Positions 1 through 13,853 of a DNA stretch of 64,000 nucleotides are shown piece after piece; the stretch's first letter is position 1, and each line of letters starts with the position of its first letter. The translations under genes were made by a program, and so were the position numbers. Under the pieces are notes generated by a model, which worked only from the letters and a program-made list of their open reading frames with translations, was not told where the DNA came from and did no database searches. The stretch comes from Auanema rhodensis. Its lineage: Eukaryota; Animalia; Nematoda. Where the stretch lies: contig OZ059898.1 in NCBI GenBank assembly GCA_964057225.1, forward strand, positions 15,438,001 to 15,502,000, given 5' to 3'.

Positions 1-75
1 ATGATAAATTCCCTTAAGTGTTATTATTTTTGATTTAACGATCAACAATTTATTCAGAAAAATAAAATTATTTAC

Positions 76-138
76 CTGTTCTTCCTCTAGTCCCCGTATT
101 TGTGAGCTTTCATCTTCAGACGTATCATCACTTATCAT
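76..138 (-). CDS. First exon of an unidentified gene that runs off the left edge
   Basis: Minus strand reads ATG ATA AGT GAT...GAA CAG|gtaaat = MISDDTSEDESSQIRGLEEEQ, followed by a good donor. Too short to assign a family. Confidence 0.45.
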
Positions 139-562
139 ATCAATACAGTGTTAAATGTATGAAATAATAGATTCTATAAAGATTTTCATATATAAAATGA
201 AATAAACAAGTATATAAACAGAAATATTCTAAACAAATGATAATAATATTTATAATTATGCCTAACAAAGCTTTTTTCTTTCAAATTTAAATATTTAATC
301 GAGAAAATTGTGGGTTCAGTTCCTAAATTCATAAAGGTAGAGTTAGTTGGTAGTCATGGAGATTCAATGAAACATAACCGAGACATCTGGTGTTGGAGCC
401 TTTTGCTCAGGCAAAAATATATTTTGTTTGATTGCTATTATGAGGTTTCTCTATTTTCAAATATTCATTCATATTATCGTAATATGTTTACTAAAAAATT
501 GATTTATTAGTCGACTTTAACTTCATTAAAACTGTCAAAGAGTATGAAATTAAATAATTTAA

Positions 563-2536
<1,974 letters not shown>

Positions 2537-3149
2537 GTTGAGAACAACAATTCAGAATGCCGTTGAATCAGCAGATACAGATAGATATAATCAATACAAC
2601 GTGATAGATTTGATCAAATGCAACCTAGCCAAGGACACCCCCCCCCACCCAATCTACTAGTTACCTTGCTAATGAACTTTGCAACCTTGGACATTATCTA
2701 GCTGTATATCCCCTGCCATGTTGTTAGCCTTACTATTTGAAACAGAATACCAAAAATGTATCTCTCAAACAAAAACTTTCTGATTTTCACTAGTTTGTCA
2801 AAGTACCATGCACCATACTATCATGTACAACGCCGCAATTACAAAAGAAAACAATTCATATATATGTATGTATATATATAGAAAGAAATGTATAGATAGA
2901 CATAAGGGTAATTTCAATAACAACAACAACAAGATCCCGTAAGAAAGTAGCATAAAAATTTGAAACATCACAATCACGCATTTCAACAACAACTTGGAAG
3001 AAGCTTCTCGCTTCTTTCAGAAAAAATCTACAGACATACAAATGAGGTAACAGTCAGGTTTAAGCGATATGACATAACATAACGGCAACAAAGGCATACC
3101 GCTGAAAAAAATAACAACCTATATATCTTCCAACGAGGATCTTCGAGAA

Positions 3150-6100
3150 TTAAAAATCTAATTTTTATATTTTTCCAAAACTGGCCGGACCCATTCAGCA
3201 TCTATCAACGAAACATCTCTGCAAGACAATAATTATTGTGAAAATCATGTGATTCCGTTACCTGGCATATAAATCAGTAGTTTTAACAAGATCAGAGAAG
3301 ACAATATGCGTTGGTTTGGACTAAAAACAAGTTATATTTCTAAAATAGTTCCTGACGTGACTCACTCGAGATAATGCGGACGATGGATGAATCTTGATAG
3401 TTGTAGATGGCCGAACAATTAATTTATATCTATCATCCTGTCTGCTGTATTCACAAACATTCATAAAGAGACCACAAGCCAGAGCTTGTCTTCAAACATA
3501 TTAACAATAAATACGAGAATAAATTAATATGTAGTATACCTTAACTTATCTCTATTACCACCACAAGAACGAATCGTTAGCTTAAGATCAGAACATATGT
3601 CCCGAAGCTGTTTTCTAATCTTAGTTGCAGTTGTCAAATTCTTCAAATTAAGATAATTTGCTGCGCACCATTCCTATAATATTAAAATAGTTCATAATAA
3701 TAGAATAATAATAAAAGAAATAAAGAGAATGTGAGCGCAAAAGTTCAACAACCGTTCACTTGAGAATAAAACTGGAAATTTAATAAAATCATATCAATAT
3801 GATATTGTAAAGAAATAGAACGTGTGCTTGTGCTTTGTGAAATAATATGTTTTAGAAGAAAACACAAAAAATAGAAGTAAGAATAACGTTATTACCTTAA
3901 GATTTCCTTTACTCTTCTTTTTTTCTTGACTGAAGGCCTGATATATATTTAATAAAGTCAGATGATCCCCTTCGTTGGTGGAAAATCTATGTTAATTTCT
4001 TCAAATTATACTAATCACGCAAATTGCTACCTATTTCGGGCTCGTTCAACATCTTCAGGGTTTCCCTTACAATCCATATCAAATACTGCTTCAGTTGACA
4101 TCATAGCAACAACAGAAAGCGCTTCTTCCAGACAAAGCAGCTCTGCAGCGTAAAGCAGAACCCTGAAATATAATTTCAAAATGAAAACAACATTTCGACT
4201 CACTTTGATTGGTCGGGATTCAGCGGAAATCTTGACATCATGTCTCCATCCTTAGTTAATTTTAACATTTTATGATGTTTCATAGTTTTCACAGCACCGA
4301 GCGCCTAAAGAGCAAGTAAAAACAAATTTAATGAGCTAGACATACCACTAATTCCTTCTCAGCAGCTTCAATACTCTCCTCAGAAGGTGGTTCAATTAGC
4401 TTTAGATTTCTAGGTTTTTTCAAACCCATACAAAGTAGTTCAAGTATAACCTAGAATGCATTTACCATGGAGATAAACAAATATCAAAGTCTTACAGCAG
4501 CCAGGTTACTTCTTAAAATCTCAGGAATACTTGTAGGACACATTTTTTCAAAATGAGATTCAGGATATAATCTATAGCATTTGCCAGGTGCTTCACGACC
4601 AGCACGACCGGTTCGTTGGATAGCTTGTGCTTGACTTATGTCATGAACACGAAGAACATCAATACGATTTTTAGATGTAAATGATCTTAATATTTTAATT
4701 TATCAAACCTCACATAATGTATAGATACCTGCTTTTTACTTTTCCTGAGTCAACTACAACTCGAATACCAGGAATCGTCAAAGAAGTCTCAGCAATATTA
4801 GTAGCTAGAACAACTTTTCTTTGTCCCTAAACAAAACCGTAATTAAAATGAATTTAAGAATAATTACTGACTGGTGGAGCAGGTTTAAAAGCTTTCATTT
4901 GAGCTACTCCAGTAAGAGCGGCATATAGTGGCACAGGGAAAAGTTTATTTGGCATTTCCTAAAAGCAATGAAAATGTAAATAATGTAAATACTTCCCAAT
5001 ATATTACTCACCTTACTGAGCTCTCGTAATTTCCGAGCAGCCATTTCAATTTCTTCCCGACCAGTTAGAAAAACGAGTATATCATCACTAAATAATGAGT
5101 AAAATAACAAAAGTAAACAAAAACAACTTACGTTAAAGGCTCTGTAGCGTGAATATCTTTGACACAAATAATAGCATTGTAAACATAATCAGCAGATTTA
5201 GGATCAATACTGTTTGCATGATAAATCTATAAATACACACCTATTTCTTCAAATCTAAGTACATACAACTTACATCAACAGGAAACGTTCTACCTTTGAT
5301 AACATAAATTTGAGCATTGTTGAAAAATTTGGAAAAGAGATCAGCTTGCATGGTTGCAGACATTATAACAATTTTTAAAGGACTTTGATTTGCATCCTTT
5401 CTTTGGCGTTGACAGATTCGTAGAACACCTTAAAAAAGAGTTATATTGGTTTAAAAAATATTGCATACTCAAAAGAACATCAGTATGCAAACTCCTTTCA
5501 TGAGCTTCATCAACAAGAATTACAGAATATTGTAACAATAATGGATCCTATATAACATAATTTAGTTCAAGCTTTAGGCAAAATGCAAACCTGCATTGCT
5601 TCGCGAAGAAGAATTCCATCAGTTAAATAACAAATGTCTGTTTCGGAACTGTACATCTTTTCAAAACGGACATGATATCCAACCTTAACCAGCAATGTTG
5701 ACTAAGAGTGTAAATATGAAAACTAACTTTTTCTCCTACTGTTGATCCTACTTCTTCAGATACTCGATGCGCTAAAGAGATTGCAGCTACTCTCCTTGGC
5801 TGGGTTATTCCTATTTTTCCATTTGATATTAATCCTGCTCTGACACATAACTAAAGTATATGATAAATATTATAAATAAATGCTTTATCATACCTGCGGA
5901 ATTTGGGTACTTTTACCGGAGCCTGTCTCTCCAATGATAATGGAAGTTTCACTTTCGGTTAAAATTTCGATGATTTGTTGTTCTACATCGTCAATTGGAA
6001 GATGAATTCTGTTTATCATACCCTGAAACCGGACTGCCATGATAGCTTGAAGATACTACATACCGATGTTTTCCTTTTCTCTAATGACTTCGAATTCAGT

Positions 6101-6189
6101 TGATGGTCTAAAATTTAAAAATTAATGAAATATATTACATTCGACCTACTTTCTGAATGGTTTCGACTTTCTACTAAATTGTCTCTCAT
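3150..6189 (-). CDS. DHX33: DEAH-box ATP-dependent RNA helicase, DHX33-like, multi-exon
   Basis: Motifs [62 protein letters not shown] and QRTGRAGRE, plus HA2/OB-fold ends ([18 protein letters not shown]). The short N-terminus fits DHX33; the subfamily call is inference. Confidence 0.9.
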
Positions 6190-6536
6190 AATATATCTAA
6201 TTTACATTAAGCTATTAAATGCATAAGAATCTTAATTTTAAAATTCAAATTATAAGCCAACTGTCGCTAGATCTTATTTTCAAGATTTTCCATTCGAGAC
6301 CAATAAACACTCTGTGGAGCTCTCATTGGTCAGACGAGAGGGGGCGTGGCTATGACTCACAAGTTGCACGAGATTTCGCAATGCAATATCATCACCTAGC
6401 AGCTGATGTACACAAGCTGGAGAAAGCATTTATTTTCTCGCGCTCATAGCGAGACGTGGTCTAATTTTTGTGCTCCTTGTTTTAACTTGTTTTTTAAAAG
6501 TTTATTATTTTTATTTATGAATATTATCTTACAGGT
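6190..6536. promoter_or_regulatory. Compact divergent promoter between DHX33 and cebp-1
   Basis: CCAAT (6300-6304), ATTGG (6325-6329), KLF/SP-type GGGGGCGTGGC (6339-6349 region), AP-1 TGACTCA (6353-6359), C/EBP-type ATTTCGCAAT (6371-6380), and a ttacag acceptor just before the cebp-1 ATG. Confidence 0.6.
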
Positions 6537-7669
6537 ATGTCCATCGAAGACAATTGTCCCGAATTCTACGGGGTGCAACCCTATATTACTAATCGGCCTT
6601 CTCCTATTCCAAATACGGACTATAATTTTGTCAGACAGGTTAGTGGTTGAGTTTTTGTAACATTTAATGCTTTTCTATGTCCGATTTATTTTTTTTGCTG
6701 TTTCATTTCAATCAATTTTTTTTATTTGATTCTAGAATGTTCTATGTACCTACTCTTACTCATCATTCTAAAAATATTCGAAAATCCATATATATCTCTA
6801 ATTTAATTTCTTTCAGGATTCTCTTGCTGAATGCATAAATTTACAACAACGTGATCGTGATAATAATATGAACAGCTTCATGGAAGACGAAATTGACATA
6901 ACTGAATATATTGGAACCACTGGAATTGTAAGTTTTCAATAATTATCATAATTTATTTTTTATGGAAATTTTTTTAGAATCTTGCAATTACCGCTAATGA
7001 TTATGATATGAGGTATGAGGACGATCTTGTCAAGGAACCATGGGATTCCTACTGTAAGAATTTTAATAATATTGTCTATATTTAAATTTTATTTTTTCAG
7101 TGGACTGTTCTCGTCGCAATTCCACCTCTTACAGTCCATCAGTTGATGGATTAAGCTTACAAATCAAACAGGAGCCTATTCACGATCTTGACGAAGGTAT
7201 AATTTAATGTTCAGTTTTGTGCAAAAAAATTTTTTTTTAGAAAAGCCAACACCCCACGTTGAAGTTCCCCCCACCACTAGGTCTCGCAGACCACGCTCTC
7301 AACGCGATCCATCCAACGATCTTTTTGCTTTTGTTCCAAATTACAAAGCCCGCAAGTACACCATGAAAGCCGAAGACGAAAAGGCTACGGCTGCTTACAA
7401 GCTCAAGAGATTGAGAAACAATGATGCCGTTCGCAAAAGTCGAACCAAGGTAATTCGAATTATCTAAAATATTCATTTCTCATAATTATCTTTTTCAGCA
7501 AAAGAATGAACAGGAACGTTGTAACAACGAAAGAACTGAGCTTCTAGAGAAAAATGCATCCCTCGAGAGTGAAAACATCCGGCTTAGGGCTGATGTTGAA
7601 AGATTGTGCAGCGTTATCAAACAGAAGGAGTCGCAAATTGAAATTCTTCGTACTTCACTTTTAAAGTGA
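6537..7669 (+). CDS. cebp-1: C/EBP-family bZIP transcription factor, 6 exons
   Basis: Basic region FVPNYKARKYTMKAEDEKATAAYKLKRLRNNDAVRKSRTK then a leucine zipper, matching recalled nematode CEBP-1 (YKLKRxRNNDAVRKSR). Also EDEIDITEYI (Tribbles-degron-like) and IKQEP (SUMO motif). AATAAA at 7996-8001. Confidence 0.92.
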
Positions 7670-8096
7670 TAAGCTATGTTAAATTGCATATAACCTTACG
7701 TTGATCGTACATATACCCTATCGTTTTAGATATCCCTGAAGTTTTGCAATCATTCCGTAGGTCGCTTTTATTGGCTTTAGGTTCAAAAGCATTTTTCTAA
7801 TCATAATATTTATTTATTTTGTTAACTTGTAGTCTTCTTAGACTTAACCTCACTAATCCCTCTCTTGTGCTTTGCGATTACGTTTTCACGGGTACCCTCG
7901 CTTGGTCCCCAAGTTGTTTTTTTTCGATAGATCTATATTTTATTTTATCTCTTGAAGTTCCAGCCCTGTGATTATTTGGCTCGTTTTCTCCGTTTAATAA
8001 ATATTTTATTGTATCACTGTATCTGTATGCTTATCGATCGGGGCGTATTAGACGTGAGTTAACGTAACAATGGTATTATTCGAGTGAAATTGTGAA

Positions 8097-8513
8097 ATGA
8101 TCGGTTGGTTATTGCCTATATTCTGTATAGTTTGGCAACCGAATATGGTGGTTTGTACTGATTCCGATGAACTGTATTAGGTTAGAATTTTTAAAGAATG
8201 CCGTGAATTTATTACAAGGGAACGATCCTTCTGTTTCAACAAATGAAATTATTTGCACTTATATGTTGCTGACGGCCTTCATCGCACACGTCATTCTGAT
8301 CATAACAGTTCTTATATATTGGATGGTGATACACAAGCGAGATGTTGAGATGTTTATGTACTTAATGATTCAGAGGAAACGCGTGAGAACTCCCAAGTAT
8401 GGTTATCGAGTTGTTTATCCGATATCTACTTCATTAATGGTTTTGTTGTGTTTTGATTATAAGAATGACCTTTAATTACACCTTCATTTCAGAACACGAT
8501 GCCGATATTTTGA
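8097..8513 (+). CDS. Possible small single-pass membrane protein
   Basis: Hydrophobic IICTYMLLTAFIAHVILIITVLIYW, then a 48-nt GT-AG intron, then basic RKRVR, then a second intron and NTMPIF*. The 5' exon and frame are uncertain and no homologue was recognised. Confidence 0.3.
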
Positions 8514-9135
8514 ACCTGCTTTGAATTTTCATCCTAACGAACTTGGTTCTATTTCAATATTTACTCGCAAATTTTTTCAACAACAGAATACACGTGGTTA
8601 TTTTCTTTCTTTGCAATGATTCTGCTTATATTTCAATGTAATTTTCCTTATTTTATTTTCTGTTATTTTATGAATCAAACCGGTTCGATTACATGACGTT
8701 TCCTTTCTTACCGTCTGCTTCAGCTATTCTTTGATTGGCGGAAGTTTGTTAAACATGACACTTCGCATGTCGTCAATGAAATTGTTATATTGATTTCCCT
8801 CATCCACGTTTTAATTTCAGACTTATCTTCTTCTTAATTCAAAGTTTTGTGATGCCACCAATTTCATGTTCTTCAGTCCCTATGCCTCCTAAAATAGGCA
8901 ACATACTTCATTTCTTTTGTCCAAGTCACCGAGAAGTACCAGGCTCAGACTAAGAGCTGCCAGCCTCTTAACATCCCTTGGGAGCTCTAAAGCTTCACAA
9001 ATGTTATGCCCCTTCTATTTCAACGAAAGTTGGATACTTTCACATTACTTAGTAAAAGACGGTTACGTTTTGTTCTCGAATTCTTTTTTTTCTGATAATC
9101 AGTAATATATATTTATCACGTGTTAACATTACAGA

Positions 9136-10501
9136 ATGCTCATTCTCATACTATCTTTAGTAGTACACGTCACTGTATGTAGCTCTCAGAAAATTCCTGG
9201 TTTGTTCATTCTCTATTCAACATTTCCGTTTCTGCTTAGATGTGCCCATCAGCGATAAAGAACTAATTGATATGTCTATTAAACTACGTTCATTGGATGA
9301 AAATCGTGCCCGACCAGGACAGGTCAGTAGAATATGGAGTTTGATTTATATAAAGCAGCTTATCATCATATTCTCATGAGTTTACCGTAGCTGGTAATTT
9401 TTTACTCTACAGATTTCTTTGGACTACCAGGGACACACCAATACTCGCGATAGTTCAGATAATGCACAAAACAAGTAGGATGAATACCGATATATGAGTA
9501 TAATATATACTTTCAGGCTTTTTAAAAAGGTGGATTCATCTTTATTCAGAAAGCCAACATATGAAAAACTTATTGCTTTATTCAATAATTTCAACCGACA
9601 AACTGGAATAAGAGAACCGAGTGTATCAACACAAGAGGTGATTGTTAAATATTGCACAATACCTATGTTGTTATGTTTTTAGGAGAAAAGCGAAATAGAT
9701 GATTTTCTTAATGCGGTATTGTCAACGAAGCCTTGGAAAGAGCTTTTCAGCTTTTTACAATCAAAAAGTATGGAATCATATTCAAATCGAACAATCATAA
9801 CTCAATTTTGTAGAACATCCTTTTGCAAAGGATATGTCAACTTGGCGTTTTTCGCTCTCCCAGCTTTGGTTTTTCCATTATTCACGTGCTAGAGGGCTTC
9901 CTGATACTTCCGGTTTTGAGCACGTTTTCGTGGGAGAAGTATAGTTTTTTATTGATAATTGCTTGATAAAATTGCAATATATAGGCAAAGAATGGAGAAA
10001 TCTCCGGAATGCACAATTGGGTTCGTTTCGCCAAACTCGAAAGTGATCCAAAAGAACGCTTCGATTATAAAGGATTCATTGTCAAAAGATTTGTACGTTA
10101 ATTTCATGTTTTGTACAATTTTATATATTTTTGTTACAGAATGTCATGGCTGCAGTTAAATTCCAATGGCAAAACGAATTAAAACGCTCTGGTAGTTTCT
10201 TAATTGGTACATCGCCTGAATATGATATGGCTTTGTACACTATGTGTTTCCTAGCACGTAGAGGGCGAACAACATGTGATGTATGATTATAATTATTTAA
10301 TCATCAAATGTGATAATATTTAGGTCGAAATCGATGGATGTCCATTATCAATTACAAGCTACGATTTAACTCAGAATAACAAGGCACATTATTTTTATAT
10401 ATGGACCTTAAACTTACAATTATATATTTCAGGTTTTCATAGGAAGTATATTTCCTAGTGCTGGAAGAATCACTGATCAATGTAGAAGAGTTAATGGATA
10501 A
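9136..10501 (+). CDS. ENDOU: Secreted poly(U)-specific endoribonuclease, EndoU/XendoU family, single domain
   Basis: Signal-peptide-like [16 protein letters not shown]. Catalytic motifs [18 protein letters not shown] and [23 protein letters not shown]. The last intron is GC-AG (10384-10432). Confidence 0.92.
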
Positions 10502-13500
10502 TAAGACAAACATTTTAATTTTGTATGAACTTTCATGTCTCCTAAATAGGCATTGTCGCTTGAAGATCTTACTTCTAATTATGTGCATAATGATAACGCT
10601 TGCTTAATTAAATTAAAGTTTTCATCTGCAGTCGTCATGTTCTCAATGTGAAAAAATATCCGACCAAAGCAATCGGGTGCGTTGGGTACCCTTAGAAACG
10701 CGTGCATTCCAGAGAGCATGTATGAGTCATCGCAAATGTTTTCGACATGTTCGCGTTGCACACAGCCAAATGCTCAATTTTCTTTTACATTTGTACACAT
10801 TAAAGAGGTAGAAATAATCATTTATTACGTAAAGCTCATATAAGCTTCCTATGAAAAATAACACAACTTTATAAAGTGGGAATGGAAACAATTTAAAGAC
10901 ATGATCATTCAAGAACTTGCAGTTCACCGTAATATTGCTTTGGAGGTAAAACGGAAATCTTTATTGGTAAGCTGGAGGCTGAAAAAAAAAACTTTACTAT
11001 ATTCTGGCAAAATATGCGCTTACGGCATCTCCTCTTCCTTGGATATAAACAGTAGTGTGTGTAGAGGTGGGGGGAGCATAACACCACAGTATATACAAGG
11101 CATGTATAATACCTTAAGGAATAATATGTTAATATATATAAAATATAAATGTTTAACCTGGAACAATTCCCAACAACGTGAGGAGGATATTAATTAAGAA
11201 GTTGCAGTTACATCCCTCGTTAAAGAGCACAGCAAGAGGCTAAAAAGTCAATTAAAATATTCAATGTTGTGGTCACGTGACACTCATGATGGACTAAATC
11301 GATTTTGCAAAATAACTTTCCAAACAAAATATAACTTACAGGTAAAAAAATAGCCAGTAAGGTTAGCAGACACTTACACATGGTTGCAAAGAAAAAACTG
11401 AAAAAGAATACTAGAATACGATTGAAATGTAAAATAAACAAGGCTTCAGAATAAGAACGTGAAGAAAACTTTTCTAAAAGAATCATCAATAAAATACTTT
11501 CTTGTAGATAAAAAGAGAAATCGATAAAGCTAGAAGCTGCATGATAAGAGAAAAACCGACATTTTCTCAGCAAACCAGTGCTGACTCACATGAGGTTTGT
11601 TATATGACGTAGATATCATGTTCGCATCATTGCTGCTTTGGAGCGCACATGCAGTAGGATACGGATAAGGATAGATTATGACAAGTCCACCACTCTGTTT
11701 TCATCTTTATACTCTCAGTTTAGCTAATCGATTGATTTTCAGAAAACGGTTTGAAAATAAAAACAATAATGATAGCATGCATGGCCAGTAACGTTTATAT
11801 AGAAATTTAGGCAGTTTGTTGATGATTCAACTACGGAAGACGTAATATTGTATACATTTAATGAGGATTTATATATATATAAATATGTCGATATATATGT
11901 ATAAATTATTAAGCAATATTTGACTTTTCCTTGTGAAAATACTGAAAATACATAATTTAAAACCTTCTCAGACATGAGACTACGAGAATATTGATTAATC
12001 AATTACGTACGCTTAAAATGCTTTTGGCAAAGCAATAAATAGTTTATCACAGTAAAAACCCATAATTTACAATAACAGAGCATCCATTTCAAAAAAAACC
12101 TCTGAGTAATAAATATATTACCATTGGCTATATTATACGAGATATTTACGACCATAGATAGTTGCCTTCTGTTCAAAAGCTGTTGACTTGATTGGGGAGT
12201 TAATTTCATAAAATGGATTCATGGAGTGTTTTATATATGTTTCGTACATCTCCTAAAAGCATTATGTAAAAGATAATAGTTATAACATTTTAAAGAAAAC
12301 CTGGAAAAATAACTTAATTCCTTCGTCACAACGTTGGGTGTGAAGCATAAGAAAACGGATCCGACCAGCAGAAACAAAAGCAGAAACATACCACTCATTG
12401 AACTTATCAATGGTCTGCACATGTCTTAGGTATAAAATTAATATTAAAGCGTTATACCTTTAAATACATCTGATTACTGGATAAAGTATGCTCATCCACT
12501 ATATCTAATGCTGAGTGAGCAATGAACTGATTCAAGTGTCTATATACCAGAATATTCAAAGTTAGAGTTTTGAATTTTTTACCTGTTTTCAGTTTCACGC
12601 TTTTTCTTTTCGCCAATAGGAAAATCCATTTCAAATAAGGGTTGATCATTATGACCAACAATTACAAAATAGAATTCTTTAGCAATAGACATGGCAAAAA
12701 TTCAATTTTTAATCCTACGAGCGATACTGGAAAAAAGGTAAATATAAATATAACAGTTATATAAGAACACTATACAATACATATATATATACATTATTAG
12801 CTATTGACTATTTACATGAAAGAACTATCTGGTACACTTTTGTTAAATGCTTAAAAAGCTTACTGGAAGAGAAAATATAAGCTTTAAAATTTTTATTTCT
12901 TATTTTTCGTACGCAATGTTTCGTTGATTTTGAGAATTAATCTTTATGGCTCTCTCAAATATTCTAACTGTAAGTTATTGTTATTATTGATACTGATATT
13001 TAGCAATATTTAATCATTATTTCAAATTAATATATCTACATATATCTCGGGGGAGCACAATTGTTTGAAGCAAGCGTTAATGATCTTATGTTAAGCTGGC
13101 ATGCGATTTTATAATATTGTAGAAATTATTTTATTATAACGTATCCGAAACTATTAGAAACATAGATGTTGTCTATATAAATTTTTATTGGATTTTCAAT
13201 CAGAGGTTATTTTAATAATCCTGCAAAGCTTACTATGTTGCCTTCAGGTCTCGTTTAAGTGATAAATTAATATATCAGTTTAGTATTGCAATAATGGGCT
13301 GGGCCTCTTGCCTAGTTCGTTTTGAACTATTATTATTTTCTTATATTTTATCAACATTACTCATGTATGAATCATAAGTACGCTTTAAATTATGTCGTCA
13401 AAGCTACACCGCTACCTTTAATAAAGCAGAAAATGTTCTCTAGAATCTGTTCATTCTGATAAAGCTTCGATAACATATTTGTCTTCCTCTTTCTGTTTCG

Positions 13501-13853
13501 AAAAGCTGCGCATATTTGTCTAATTTTTTTCCGTTTCCAAAGATTCTACGTAGATTTTCGAAACTCCATTGAATGATAAGGTGTGCCCACTCTATGTATT
13601 AATAGATTAATTTGAACCTTTTTTGGTTATTCAATTATAACTAAAAATATAAATAGAACTGATAATGTTTAGAAGTAATTGATCTGACTTGAGTGTTATA
13701 TATTATTTGAAAGAAAACGAATTCCAATCATTCATCGATTGTTCAAAAAAAGAAATAGTTTGATATGAAGATTCATTGATAAAAACATAACAATTAAGGT
13801 CGTAAGAAAATATATTAGCGGAATGGCTATGAATGTCTGACCTAATAGTAGGT

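Noticed and set aside
2694-2707. TTATCTAGCTGTAT, identical to 14 nt of miR-9
   Set aside because: The seed is not intact and there is no complementary arm nearby to form a hairpin.
10579-12661. Cluster of 60-117 aa ORFs between EndoU and collagen
   Set aside because: F/L/I/K-rich translations typical of AT-rich non-coding DNA, with no consistent spliced model or transposase motif.
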